Made by a program: the position numbers and the translations under genes. The notes under the pieces are model-generated. The model had not been told where the DNA came from. It searched no databases and saw only the letters and a program-made list of their open reading frames with translations. Below are positions 49,571 to 64,000 of a stretch of 64,000 nucleotides of DNA, in pieces. Within the stretch, counting starts at the first letter, position 1. Every line of letters starts with the position of its first letter. This stretch comes from the human T2T-CHM13v2.0 reference genome, Homo sapiens. The stretch lies in the NCBI RefSeq assembly GCF_009914755.1, contig NC_060935.1; one strand, 5' to 3'.

Positions 49571-52204
49571 TTGCTAACAGTGCTTTAGCTTCATCCCAGA
49601 GATTCTGGTACACGCTATCTTTGTTCTCATTAGTTTCAAAGAACTTCTTGATTTTTGCCTTAATTTCATTATTTACCCAAAAGTCATTCAGGAGTAGATT
49701 GTTCAATTTCCATGTAGTTGAATGGTTTTGAGTAAATTTCTTAATCTTGAGTTCTAATTTGATTGTGTAGTGGACCCAGAGACTCTTATGATTTCAGTTC
49801 TTTTGCATTTACTTTGGAGTATTTTACTTCCAATTATGTGATCAATTTTAGAATAAGTGCCACATGGTAATGAGAAGAATGTATACACTGTTGTTTATGG
49901 GTGGAGAGTTCTGTAGATATCTATCAATTCCACTTGATCCACAGCTGAGCTCTAGTCCTGAGTGTCTGTTAATTTTCTGTCTTGATGATATGTCTAATAT
50001 CACTAGTGGGGAACATACCTCAAAATAGTAAGAGCCATATATGGCAAACCCACAGCCAATATCATACTGACTGGACAAAAGCTGGAAACATTCCCCTTGA
50101 AAACCAGCATTAGACAAGGTTGCCTTCACTCAACAATCCCACTCAACATAGTATTGGAAGTTCTGGCCATGACAATTGGGCAAGAGAAAGAAAGAAAGGT
50201 GTATTCATATAGGAAGAGAGGAAGTCAAACTACCTTTGTTTGCAGATAACATGACCTTATATCTAAAAAACCCTATTGTCTCAGCATGAAAGTTTCTTAA
50301 GCCAATAAGCAACTTCAGCAACATCTCAGGATACAAAATAAGTGTGCAAAAATTGCTAGCATTCCTATAAACAACAACAGGCAAACCAAGAACCAAATCA
50401 GGAACACAATCCCATTCACAATTGCCACAAAACAAACCTAGAAATACAGCTAACAAGAAATGTGAAGGACCTCTTCAAGGCGAACTAGAAACCACTGCTT
50501 ATATTATAGATGACATACACAAATAGAAAAACATTCCATGCTCATGGGTAGGCAGAATCAACTTCATTAAAATGGCTATATGGCTCAAAGCAATTTATGG
50601 ATTCAGTACAATTTCCATTAAACTACCATTGAAATTCTTCACAGAATAAAAAAAAACTATTATAAAATTTATGTGGAATCAAAAAAAGAGCACAAATAGT
50701 CAAGGCAATCCTAAGCAAAAAAAAAAAAAAAGAAAGCTGGAGGCGTCATGCTACCCAACTTCAAACTATACTACAGGGCTACAGTAACTAAAACAGCATG
50801 CTACTGGTACAAAACCATACACAAAGACCAATGAAAAAGAATAGAGAACCCAGAAAAATAAGACCACACAGCTACAACCATTTGATCTTTGACAAATGTG
50901 ACAAAAAATAAATAAAAAGCAATGGGGAAAGTATTCCCTATTAATAAATGGTGCTGGGAGAACTGGCTAGCCATATGCAGAAAATTGAAAATGTACCCCT
51001 TCCTTACACCGTATACAAAAATCAACGAAAAAATGGTTTAAAGACTTAAAAGTAAGACCCCAAACTATAAAACCTTAGAAGAAAACCTAGGCAATACCAT
51101 TCAGGATATAGGCACAGACTAGTATGTTATGACAAAGACACCAAAAAGAATTGCAACAAAGCAAAGATTGACAAATGGGATCTAACTAAACTAAAGAGCT
51201 TCTGCACAGCAAAAGAAACTATCAACAGAATATACACACAACCTACAGAATAGGAGAAATTGTTTTGCAATCTATACATCTAGCAAAGATATAATATCCA
51301 GCATCTATAACGAACTTAAACAAATTTACAAGAAAAAAAAACATGACCCCATTAAAAAGTGGGCAAAGAACATGAACAGATACTTCTCAAAAGAAGACAT
51401 ACATGCAGCCAACAAACATGAAAAAATCCTCAACATCACTGATGATTAGAGAAATGCAAATCAAAACCACAAGACATATCATCTCACACCAGTCAGAATG
51501 GCAATTATTAAAAAGTCAAAAAACAACAGAAACTGGTGAGGTTGTGGAGAAAAAAAAATGTGTTTATTCTGTTGGTGGGAGTGTAAATTAGTTTAACCAT
51601 TCTGCAAGACAGTGTGTGACTCCTTAAAGACCTATAAATAGCAATTGACACAGTAATTCCATTACTGGGTATATACCCAAAGGAATATGAATTATTCTAT
51701 TATAAAGACACATTCACACGTATGTTCATTGCGGCACTACTCACAGCAGCAAAGACATGGAATCAATCTAAATGCCTATTAATGATAGACTGGATAAAGA
51801 AAATGTGATGGGTGCATATACACCATGGAATACCATGCATCCATAACAAGGAATGAGATAATGTCCTTTGCAGGGATGGATGGAGCTGGAAGCCATCATC
51901 CTTAGCAAACTAATGCAGGAACAGAAAACCAAAGACCGCATGCTGTATCTTTTAAGTGGGAGCTAAATTTTGAGAACACATGGACACATAGAGGAGAACA
52001 ACACACTCTGGGACCTGTCAGAGGGCAGAGGGTGGGAAGAGAGAGGGGAAGAGGAAGAAGAGCTAGTGGATGCTGGACTTAATACCTAGGTGATGGGATG
52101 ATCTGTGCAGCAAACCACTATGGCACACATTTACCTATGCAACAAAACCACCTCCTGCACACGTACCCCAGAATATAAAATAAATGTTGAAAATTTAAAT
52201 AAAG
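49571..52204 (+). mobile_element. Primate L1 (L1PA10/11-like) with inverted 5' segment
   Basis: About 49571-50010 is antisense ORF2 endonuclease region. 50011-52204 is sense RT (LFADN) through 3'UTR and A-rich tail. Confidence 0.92.
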
Positions 52205-53099
52205 AAGATTTCTCAAATTGTTATTGTTTCCGCTTTAAATGATCTCTTTGATCTTCCTTTTTTAAAAAAATTTTGTTGTTGTTGTTAAATAACATTTCAC
52301 CCAGTAGTGAAATAACTTTACATATTTTCTGTGTCTGGATAACAGCATAAGACAGTAAAAGGTTTTGTTGCTGACAGTTACTGGGTGAAGGCAAGCAGTG
52401 AAGGGGCCCACTTTAGATGTCTACTTCCTTCTGCTTGTATTGTTGCAATGTGCATTTATAAAGAAGTTTTTGCTTCATGTTTTAATTTCTAATACTTGCA
52501 AAGAAAGCAAAAAAAAAAATGCAAGTTTCTGATCATGTGGAATTAAGTGTGATGGCTCTCTATTAAGTGGTTCATTTGCCTATAGACACCCAAGGGAAAC
52601 CCTGTGTTAACATAAAATCTTTGCAGTCTAACAGAACTTTACGTAGTTGAATATCTTTCAGCAGCATTTTCTTTCTTTCTTCTTCTTTTTTTTTAACCTC
52701 AGGCAATGTTACCTATGAAGGTGTTATCTGGGAGTCATAAATTGGGGTTAACAAAAATAGAATAAAATGTAAAAAAGAGGAAAAATATAAAATAAAAGAA
52801 ACGAATATGAAGAATATTAAAATTCAAGAAAACCGATTTTCTAGTACTTGCTTTGCTGCTAAATGTGTGCCATGAGCAGGTCAGGAAACTCCAATAATTT
52901 AATATGGTGATCTACATAATGAGATGTTCTGAGATAATATATGAAATTGTGTACGCATAATATAAAAATGCTGAATAGATTTACTGAGGGCATAGCAAGG
53001 TAACATAGGTAAATTTTTTCCTTGATAATAGCAACCAAATATTTTTAACCAGCATATCTTGTACCTCCTTTAACATAGTTAAAAACTTAAATATTTAGA

Positions 53100-53790
53100 A
53101 ATGCTCCTAGTCACTTAATTTCTCTTCAAAGCTCTAATGACTCCCATATCATTCAAGACACTTTGCTAAGGCCTCTAAGTCCCACATGATCTGACTCTTG
53201 AAGTCTTTTTCACCCACTCACTACTTTTATGACTTCAACTCCTACGACTCTCTCCCTAACATCTGTGTGCCAGCCACATCTCCATGCCTCGTTCTTGTAT
53301 TCCCCTCATATTTCTGATCAAATACCTTGTTACTAGGTAAAACTTTTCAAATCACTTTATGTAAAATAGCACACCCTCCATCTCTCTTAATCCCCCTTAA
53401 CCTCTTTTTATTCATTATTAAAATTTGGAGCCAATTTCCCTGGACTGAAAGATTTGCCATTTAATAATTCCCAACTTGATCAAGTTACTTAATCTTTCCG
53501 TGCCTCACTTTCCTCATCTCTAAAATGAAAATACTAATAGTACTTTTCTTTTAGATGAATTAAAAATAATAGTAGTTTAAACACATTAACTATATTTGGC
53601 ATATAGTATTACTATTATTTTTATTACTATAATCATTATTATTGTTCATAGCATTTACTTTAAACTGACATATATATTTTTGTTTGTATATTTCACCCAT
53701 TAGAAATATAAGTCCATGGGAATATTTGGATTTGCTCATTGAACAACTCCCTGTGTCTCTAATAGTATCTTGTATTTAGTGGGCACTCTG
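53100..53790 (+). mobile_element. L2 fragments interrupted by a MIR (about 53450-53640)
   Basis: L2 3' motifs (agaaatataagtccatggg...tagtgggcactc) and MIR core (caagttacttaatctttccgtgcctcactttcctcatct). Confidence 0.7.
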
Positions 53791-55937
53791 TTGGATAAAA
53801 TATGTTGGATTAATATCTATTGGATAAATATCTGTTGGATAAAAATTGGAGGTGACTGTATTGGATAAACTTTGCTTCATTTATAGGTTAGTCCCAGAAC
53901 TAGTGTTATACTTGATAAAATTAAGTTTTCTGCTTGATTATAACAAGAACCACAAAAAATTATATTTTTATGACTTTTGCTATTCACCAGGAAAATTTCT
54001 GCAAAGTACACTGGAAGCAAATACACAAAAATCATGAGTGCAGCAAAACACTTTCATAAAACCATACAGAAGGTTCTGATGTGGAATGTGGCATTTTGAA
54101 TAGTTGATTGTAAATAATCTTCTCCAAGAGTCAATGTTACCCTGAAAGTTCCAGGGCAGATGTGACTTTGCTATAGTAACTTTGAGCTGTCTACCTATAG
54201 GGATTCCCTGAGTTTCAGGCCAGCCTGGAAATACAGAAGGATTCCCATCATAAAAATAAGCTTGCTAGTGTTCAATGCATTTCTTATGATTTTTTTCTGA
54301 ATCCATTATGGACTAAAGGAAGTGAAGGAATGTCAAAGCTAGCAAGGTCCAGGCTACAGCAGCAAATAATTGATGACATAGGTCTATTCTTCCTGCGTTC
54401 CACTTATTCTTCCCTGAGGTAGCTTTATGACACACCCTAGTCCATCACTCCTGTGTTCACCCACAGTAGTCACTTTGTTTTTCTATCTCAATACAGGCAA
54501 AGGGGTATTTTAGTTCATTTGTCTATATTATCAGCAGACTATAAAGTTATATAAGTTTTCTGAATATGTTAAGTCATTGACCTGCTGTCATTGCCACAAT
54601 CTCCCTCTGCCTCAAAGGCATCTATAACTACACTGTATCTTCCTAGCCCTTTTCCTGTGACCTATTTTCTTGTTCACAGTAGCTGATAGTTTTAAATAAT
54701 AATTTGAACCTCCTGCAAATTTGGGCACAATATTAGTACTGATGAAGGCGGAGTCAACTGCACATGTTGAAATGTCTGAATCCCAGGGGGACCAGAGACT
54801 CAAAACCATCCATGTACCCTTTTGTAACCAGGCACAGATTCCAGTAAACAGTGCCCTCAGAGTGAGATAATCTTATTTTATCTGGGTTTCTCCATCTTAC
54901 TGAATTTGTTTTCTCAGCATAATCATTGGAAAAAGAGGAGATTTAATTAAATTTGAGTAGGATTCTCTCTTATGCAAACTTCTACACCCTTATCTCAAAA
55001 GTCAAGGAACTGATTTTCCTGTACTGTTTCAAGTTTTGAATACATGATAATAATGCCGTATGGAACTATACCATCCAGTAAAATGCAATAGCATTTAACA
55101 TCCAATAAATTCATGAAGAGAAGCTAGAAATCAAATTACTGTTCATTGTGTTTTTCCTTTCTCAAAGGGAACTGTAATGATTTCCACCTGTATCTTTGAA
55201 AAGGCTTAAAATCTAATTTATAGCTGTGCACATTAGACTTAAAGTTATATGGATATCTTTTATTTTCTAAAATGACATTGAATATTTAGAAAAGCATGTA
55301 AGTCTCAGGTGCCTGTAGTCTCCCTGAATATAGCCCACAATTTACCTTCTTTCTAGTAGGAAACAGGTTTTACTTAATCTCTGAAGAAGCTGAACATTGC
55401 CAGAAAAAAAGAACCTTCTCTGTAAATCAGAAACATTAAAAAATGTCAGAGAATAAACACAGAGAATCCTATTACTTCTGAATATTTGTAGAGATCTATC
55501 CCAACCATGTCACCCATCATGAAGTCAAAAGTCACTTTCTAAATGCCCTAAATCACTTGGCCTTCTCACTATAAAAAAGGTAAATTAGGAAAGAATCTTT
55601 TGGAGTCACTTTGAAAACCTTTTCTGATGAAGCCCACAAAAATTTAAATTTTGGACTGAGTAGGCAGGGATTGGTACATATAGCTTTTCATTCATTTTCA
55701 TGCAATAATAATTCAAACACTATATTTTTAAGTTTCATCTGATATCAACATAGATGTGGCATATTTTAAACAAAAAATAGCACTGTCATTTACTGACAGT
55801 ACCATGAGCAAACACTTCAAGGCATCCTATCCTTATCTTCAATTTTTAGGTGAGAAAACTGAGGTTCATAAAGTTTAAGTAATTTGTACAAAGTTAAATA
55901 AACTAGATAGTAAAGGCTGAGACTGGCTTTAAAGACA

Positions 55938-56506
55938 CTGTGGTAATTCCTCAAAGACCTAAAGAGAGAAATACCATTTGACCCAGCAATCCCATTACTG
56001 GGTATATACCCAAAGAAATATAAATTGTTCTATTATAAAGGCACATGCACCCATATGTCCACTGCAGCACTATTCACAATAGCAAAGACATGGCATCAAC
56101 CTAAATGCCCAACAATGATAGACTGGATAAAGAAAAGTTGGTACATATACACCATGGGATACTATACAGCCATAAAAAGGAATGAGATCATTCCCTATGC
56201 ATGGACGTGAATGGAACTGGAGGCCATTATCCTTAGCAAACTAACACAGGAACAGAAAACCAAATAATGCATGTCTCACTTAAAAGTGGGAGCTAAATGA
56301 TGGACAAGTGGACACATGGGGGGAACGACACACACTGGAGCCTTTTGGAGAATGGAGGTTGGGAAGAGGGAGAGGATCAGGAAAAATAACCAATGGGTAC
56401 TAGGCTTAATACCTGGGTGATTAAATAATCTGTACGACAAACCTCTATGACATGTTTACCTATATAATAAATCTGCGCATGTACCCCTAAACTTAAAGTT
56501 AAAAAA
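55938..56506 (+). mobile_element. 5'-truncated L1PA13-like 3' end inserted in a MIR
   Basis: ORF2 C-terminus (ORF 56025-56210) and 3'UTR. MIR motif gagaaaactgagg lies upstream. Confidence 0.92.
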
Positions 56507-56809
56507 GCCATACAATCCCAGAACTTAGTTCTTTCATAAATTATAGTACTTCTCTCTATAAAATACAGTCATGAAAATATCCATGTAGTAATCATTTTTG
56601 TCATTAAAACAAGCGAATATCAATTTATTAATTTGGAATCATTGTTGGAAAAATGTTTTAACATCAAGACTATGATTGACATAATGCTGTGATTTCTATT
56701 TTAAGTCATAAGCTTCATAAAATGATTTCAAATAAAAAATAAAATGTTTAAGCTCTTAGACACAATATAAATAAAATTCTAAAGTTAATTTCAAATGATT
56801 AAGGAATGT

Positions 56810-57200
56810 AAAATATACATATATAAATATGTGTGTACGTATATTTATACACATATATAAATATATAAATATATGTATACACACATAGACATAGGTTAGT
56901 TTAACATTTAAATGTGACTTTAACATTTAAATATATGTATATACTAGTATACATGGGTTAGTTAACCTATGTAACAAACCTGCGCAAATATACATACGTA
57001 TTTATTGACATATATGTATCTTTTATGTATACATATATTTATATGTAATATATGTGTATACATACATGCATTTATACATATATGTAAACAAATGTATGTG
57101 TATATATTTATGTATTCCCTAATTACATATTTTTAAACCTGTTTTTATATAGTATATATTTTATATAAATAATTGTATATTTTATTTATAATGATTACAT
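56810..57200. repeat. AT-rich low-complexity (TA/TATG) tract
   Basis: Direct reading. Confidence 0.85.
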
Positions 57201-59495
57201 ATTTTTAACATTTATTTGAAAGCAATTATACATTCACATGTAGTTGTAAGAAATAATACAGAGAAATCTTATGAACGCTTTACCTAGTTTTCCCCAACAG
57301 TACATCTTCCAGTACTTCCAAAACATTCAAGACATGGAACATTCCCTTCCCTACCAGGATCTTTTTGTAATTCTATCCTGTAGCTGCTTAAAAAAATATT
57401 ACCACAACTTAATGGATTACAATGCAAATCTACTATCATATAGTTCTAGCAGTCAGATATCTGAGATGGGTCTCATTGGGCTAAAATAAAAGTGTTAGTA
57501 AGGTCATGTTTTTTTCTGGAGACTCTAGAGAAGGACCCATGTTCTGAACATTTCTAGCTTCTCCAGGTTGCCTGCATTCCCTAGCTCTTGAGCACCTTCC
57601 GCATTCAAAGCTAGCAGTGCCCTGTTGAGTCTTTCTCACACTCTATCACTGTGATGCTGATTGTTCTGCATTCATCTTCCACACTCTTTAAAAGCCCCTC
57701 ATGACTACGTTGGACCCAGTGAGACAATACAAGATTATCTCTTTCATTTAAGGTCAGTTGATTAACAACTTTAATTTTATTTGTAATATTAATTATTTCT
57801 TATGAAGTAACATAATATATTCACAATTTTAGAAGATGGGGTCATGGATATTTTTTGGCGGGGGTTGGGGGAGACATGGGCATTACTCTGCCTTCACACA
57901 TATTGCCCTGCGATAGCCACACCCACTTCCTTATTTCCTCCATACTCACCTGTTCTCATTTCTAACCTTCGGAAAAGAGTAATCTTGTATCCATTTCTGT
58001 AACTTTGTCATTTCAAGACTGTAATATAAATGGAATGATACAGTAGGTAACCTTTGGGATTGGCTTTTATATTCAGCATAATTCTCAAGATATTCATTCA
58101 AGTTGTTTTGTATACCAATAATTCATTCCTTTTTATTGTAAGTAGTATTCTGTGACACAAATGCACTACAGTTTTTTTAACCATTCACTTGAGAAAGGAA
58201 ATTTAGTTTTTTTTTCTCATTTTTGACTATTTCAAATACAGCAGCAGTGAACATGAATATATAGGTTTTTATGTGAACAAAAATATTAATTTCTCTGGGA
58301 TAAATGTCTAGTAGTACAAATACTGGGCTGTATGTTAGATGCATGTTTTAGTTAGTTTAAGAAACTATCAAACCATTTATGCAGAGTTGTAATCCCAGCA
58401 GCAACTAATGAATGATGTGCATCGTTGCCAACATTTGGTTTTGTCACTATTTTTAGTTCAGCCATTTTGATATGTATGTGGTGATATCTCACTGTCATTT
58501 TAATTTGCACTCTCCTAATGACTCAGGATGCTGAACATCTGTTTATGTGCTTGTTATGTGTATATCATCTTTGGTGAAATGACTGTCCATATCTTTGAAC
58601 ATTTTCTAACTGGATTTATTATTATTATTAATATTATCATTTACGGTTGAGATTTGAGAGTCCTTTATAAATTCTATAAATTACTTCATTGTCAGATGTG
58701 GTCTGCAAATATTTTCTCCCACTCTGTGGCTTGTCTTTTGAATCCTCTTTACAGGGTCTTTTTCAGGGCCCAAGTCTTTCTTTTTTATTTTGATCAGTCC
58801 AGTGTATTGGATTTTTTTTTTCTTTGATGGATCATTCATTTGGTGTCAAATTTAGTACTCTTTGCTTAGTTCTAGATTCTGAAAATTTATTTTTAAAATT
58901 ACAGCTTTACAATTTACATGTAAATCTGTGTTTCATTTAGAGTTAATTTTAATATAAGATGTGAAAGTTAGGTTGAGGTTTTTCTCCCCCACAACCCCTC
59001 CAAAGGGTATCTAATTGCTTCAGCACTACTGGTTGAAAAGGCTATTCTTTCTCCATTGAATTGCTTCTGCAGCTTTATCCAAAACAAGTTTGGGGTAAAT
59101 TTTTGTGGTTCCTTTTCTAGGTTCTTTATTTTGTTCCATTGATTTATGTTTCTATTCCTCCACCAATAACATACAGTCTTAACTGGTCAAATTCATATGG
59201 ATATAGTTGTTCATAGTATTTATTATTCTTTCAAGTTCTTCAGCATTTGTAGTGATAGCCCCTATTTCATGTTTGATATCAGTAATTTGTGTCTTCTGTC
59301 TTCTCTTCTTTGTCAGGCTTATTGGAAGTTTGTCAATTTTATTGATCTTTTCAAAGAACAAGCTCTATGTTTCATTGATTTTTCTATTAAAATTTTCTCT
59401 TGTTTTTAATTTTATTGGTCTCTGTCTTTACACTTATTATTTTCTTCTTTCTGCTGCTTTGTGTTTTTTCTCTTCTCTTTTTCTAGATTCTAGGT
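57200..59495 (-). mobile_element. L1MC-type element interrupted by an MLT1 LTR
   Basis: L1MC 3' end (gttgtaagaaataatacagaga). ORF 59179-59361 ([10 protein letters not shown]) is L1 ORF2. Confidence 0.85.
57365..57900 (-). mobile_element. MLT1 (C/D-like) LTR
   Basis: accacaacttaatgg...ggtctcattgggctaaaat...cattactctgccttcaca. Confidence 0.8.
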
Positions 59496-59569
59496 AAAAA
59501 TCATAATTAGGGAATTAATAATATTCTAAAATTAAACACCCATATTATCAGCCTCTTTAGGTTGCAAAG

Positions 59570-59862
59570 AACCTAAGTTTATGCCTCCTCCTAGATTGAT
59601 CTCCATCCACTGACTGATGGTACAAACCTGGATATCACAACTCAGCTTACGAAAACTCAAAAGGGCTTTTCTAGTTCCAGAGCTCCCCATGGGGTTAGCC
59701 AAAGCTGTCATTGACCCTGCATTGAAAGAAATTCTTTGCTGTGCCTAGTCCTGCTTCTTCTTTCCCTTCTGGTGTTCTTGTCCCCAAGGACTGCCCATAA
59801 TAAAAATCTTTCATGATAATCTCCATATCAGTGTTTCTTCTTGGTGAAACTTACCTTTCACA
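59570..59862 (+). mobile_element. LTR16-like ERV-L LTR fragment
   Basis: ttccagagctccccatggggttagcc...aataaa...aatctccatatcag. Confidence 0.6.
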
Positions 59863-59900
59863 GAGTCTGATAATTGTTTTGTTTTAACTAGAGTGGTTAG

Positions 59901-60236
<336 letters not shown>

Positions 60237-61116
60237 TTAATACTGATAGACTTTGATTTGTTGTTACCACTTTAGTTTTCACTTTCAATTTATTCATTTC
60301 TCCCGTTTTTATTTTGTCTTGTTTTGCCATCTTTTGGATGATGAATATTTTTTCTTTTTCTTGGGCAGACAGGCAGCCTTTTTAAATTCTTTCCCTGCTT
60401 ACAACCTGAAATTTACATTATTACATTATTTTTTCTATTGAATTGTTAGTTATGCTAGATGCTTCATTTTGTATGATTAAAAATTCTAAAGTTATTTAAA
60501 TTTCTTTACTTTTATGCAATTTATTATATGGAAATGAAGGCACTTTCATGCCGATCTCTACATTACCCAAAATTATCCAGTATTTTAACTTTCTCATGAT
60601 ATCTCAAAAAATAATTATTATTATCCTTTTATACAGGCAGTATTTATTTATATTTACTCATACATTTAATAATTTTTGTTTTTGTTTCTTAGCAATCATT
60701 TAGCTTCTCAGAACATCTGTCTTTGGTCCTCATCCTTTTGGATGAATACATTTATTAGACACTCCTTTAGTGAAGATTGATTGATTATAAACACTCGACT
60801 TTTTACTAGTTGAAAAGTCTTTATTTTATGCACCTTCTTAAAAGTTAGCTTTTCTTGTTATACAATTGTAACACATTTGCTTTTAGTACCATGAGAATAT
60901 TATTACTGTCGTTTTAGTTTTCATTGTTACATTTGAGAATTCAGCTTGTTAAATTATCTTTTTTATTAACTGATTTAAGTCCTTACTGTTTGTTTTTGTT
61001 ATGCTACAGCTTAGTTCACAAACATACAGACACATACACACACATACACTATCAATTATAGACTTAACATTTGTTAGGTTATTTGATTTTCATTATTAAT
61101 ATTTTATGATTTCTAG

Positions 61117-61543
<427 letters not shown>

Positions 61544-61812
61544 CTACTTTTATTTTGAAACAGTTTTAAATATTTCATTTTTCTGCGATACATTCCAAGA
61601 AATTAATTATGCTATATTTTCTAGATAAATATTTCATCCTTCAGAGAAATCAAATTGGTTTTTAAACTGTCCATATCATTTTAAATTTTATTTTTTTCAT
61701 TCATTTTACTTCCCTTGGAAATTGTTTTTTAATCTGCTCATTTTGGTAGTTTCTTGGATATTTATATCTTTTATTGCTTTTGTAATTTTTTTAATATCTA
61801 GACATATTAAAC

Positions 61813-62415
61813 TGTATTAGTCAAGGTTCTCTAGAGGAACAGAATTAATAGGATAGATGTATATATAGAGGGGAGCTTATTAAGAAGTACTGACTCACAT
61901 GATCACAAGGTGAGGTCCCATAATAGGCTGTCTGCAAGTTGAGAAGCAAGGAAGACAGTCCAAGTCCCAAAGCTGAAGAATTTGGAGTCCAATGTTCGAG
62001 GGCAGGAAGGATCCAGCACAGAAGGAAGATGTAGGCTGGGAGGTTAACTCAGTCTAGTCTTCTCAGGTTCTTCTGCCCGCTTTTATTCTGGCAGCACTGG
62101 CAGCTGATTGGATTGTGCTCACCCAGGTTGAGGGTGGGTCTGCCTTTCCCAGTCCGCTGACTCAAATGTTAATCTGCTTTGGCAACACCCTCACAGACAC
62201 AACCAGGAAAAGTACTTTGCATCCCGCAATCTAATCAAGTTGACATTCAATATTAACCACCACAAGTCCACCCCTTGTCAACTTGAACCCATACATATCT
62301 CCTGAAATCATACATAATCTTCATAAACAACAATAATAAGGCCATAATTATACCTAACTCAATACAGTTATCCTTTGTACAACCGGAAACGCAGCAATCC
62401 CCAACCCAAATACTA
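61813..62415 (-). mobile_element. MLT2A1-like HERV-L 3'LTR (61813-62264) plus about 150 bp of HERVL internal sequence
   Basis: 452-bp LTR tgtattagtcaaggttctctagag...attaaccaccaca, followed by the antisense polypurine tract agtccaccccttgtcaac. Confidence 0.9.
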
Positions 62416-64000
62416 TTACATAATGTTAGCACACTTAAATGAATATCCATTTGATACATATTTTGAAGGTATATGTCAAATTATACTTAGAAGAAACAGA
62501 ACGATATTTCAGCAATCAACAAAAAACAGTTTTAATGGTTCCAGTGAGTTGAAATTCTGCTGACATAATTAGATTATGGAAGTTAGAAAAGCTAAGATTA
62601 CTAAGAAAAGTTAAATATTTGACCTTGGCCAGAAGTCTATCACTTCTTGAAAGCTATTCAGAAAAAGGAAATCTATAAATATCTTCTGTCTGATAAATGT
62701 ATAACTTTTCTCTGATGAGGAAACAGAGTTTCTGTGGTTCACCCAAGGAGATAGAACAATTTTCTATTTCAAAGAACTCTTTCTCTGATTCCTCCAAATT
62801 TCAAAATGTTTTAGTTTATATAGGTCACGTAGGTTTTAAAGAGTTTAACTTTTGTACTTTATAAAGAAATTCAAAGAAGACATCAAAGCAATTACATGCC
62901 TGATTTGTAATACTTTACTTCAAATGTATAGACATGGATATAGGAAAGTAGAAAAGAGAAAGATAATCATTTTATGTCTGAAAATTTTTATAAGTAAAAA
63001 GAACTCTAACACTTGACATTATTGGTAATGGCTTGATATATAATATAATATTATAATTATAAATGCCTCAATGGTCTTTTATCATCTGATTTTTACTGTA
63101 ATGAGCCTTATAATGAGCTTCATTGACTTGCATAAGAAATAACTATTTCCCCAAAAATTTATAAAAGTACAGGAAAGCTTAATAAAACTTTAGGGTTAAA
63201 AAGAGCTTTCAAGATATTCAAACTTTTATTAATGTTCCATATACTTCATTTGCTTTTTATCTTCCTGAGCTGTTATATGTTTGGACTTTGAAGGATCTAT
63301 CCACCTAACAAATTAGGTTAGCAGTAAAAATAATTTTAAAATTATATTTTACAAAAAAGCAAAACAAAACAAACACAAAACTATGATTATTCCTTCTCAG
63401 TATTATACAAAGATAAATCTGTTAATGAAATGGCAGCCTCTTAACTTGCTGACAGCTATCTTTCTCTGTTAAACTTTTTTTGATAAATTAAAAGTTTTTC
63501 AATAAAGTTAAAAAAAAAGGTAACCTTGTTTTTCAGCTAATTTTAGAGAAAATTTTATCCTTGAATGATCTTTCATGTTCTGATTTAATGAGTAAAATAT
63601 TTGGAGTTAATATGAAAACTTTATATTCATAAATTGACACAGAAATATCTACTGCTATGAAAAGCTGCAAATCAAGAAAGGTTATTTACCAACTGGTTCT
63701 GGGTCTATAAGGAAGAAAATGCCTTCTAAGCATTTTGTATAAAAATATCCAATTGCCTCTGGGGCTTCTCAACAATCTAGTTTGAGAAATAATAACTAAG
63801 ATTCGTAAGTTTATTTAGTGCTAAAATGGGACTGTAAAAATCACTTATTCAAGTCCTCTAGTTTCAAGATATTCTAATACAGCCCATGTAAAGCAGTTAT
63901 GATATTCTGAATTATTAAAATTAAAACCAAGGGAATGTAAGTACTTGTATTACATTCCCATAAGAAGACCCCAATTGAGGTCAGAGTTTTTTATTCTGTC

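Noticed and set aside
53788-53870. CRISPR-like array
   Set aside because: The units are short and degenerate with no unique spacers, and the context is eukaryotic.

Overview
AT-rich, CpG-poor primate genomic DNA, almost certainly human because it carries an AluYb8. The window is dominated by interspersed repeats: L1s of several ages (one about 5.3 kb), about 12 Alu/FLAM elements, THE1/MLT1 MaLR, MLT2/HERV-L, ERV1 and LTR16-type LTRs, MER DNA transposons, MIR/L2 and microsatellites. I cannot support any protein-coding gene, RNA gene or CpG-island promoter. The longer ORFs in the track are mostly L1, Alu or THE1 remnants, or chance frames. I found no new biological system. The points worth checking are a young, possibly polymorphic AluYb8; three 5'-inverted L1s; a two-LTR THE1A with a microhomology-type internal deletion; DUX4-type motifs in THE1 and MLT2A1 LTRs; two truncated 'LTR plus short internal stub' elements; a 600-bp cluster of template-switch-like micro-rearrangements; and a few weak minus-strand exon candidates. 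Repeat subfamily names come from remembered consensus motifs, not from alignments. Boundaries of old repeats are approximate.
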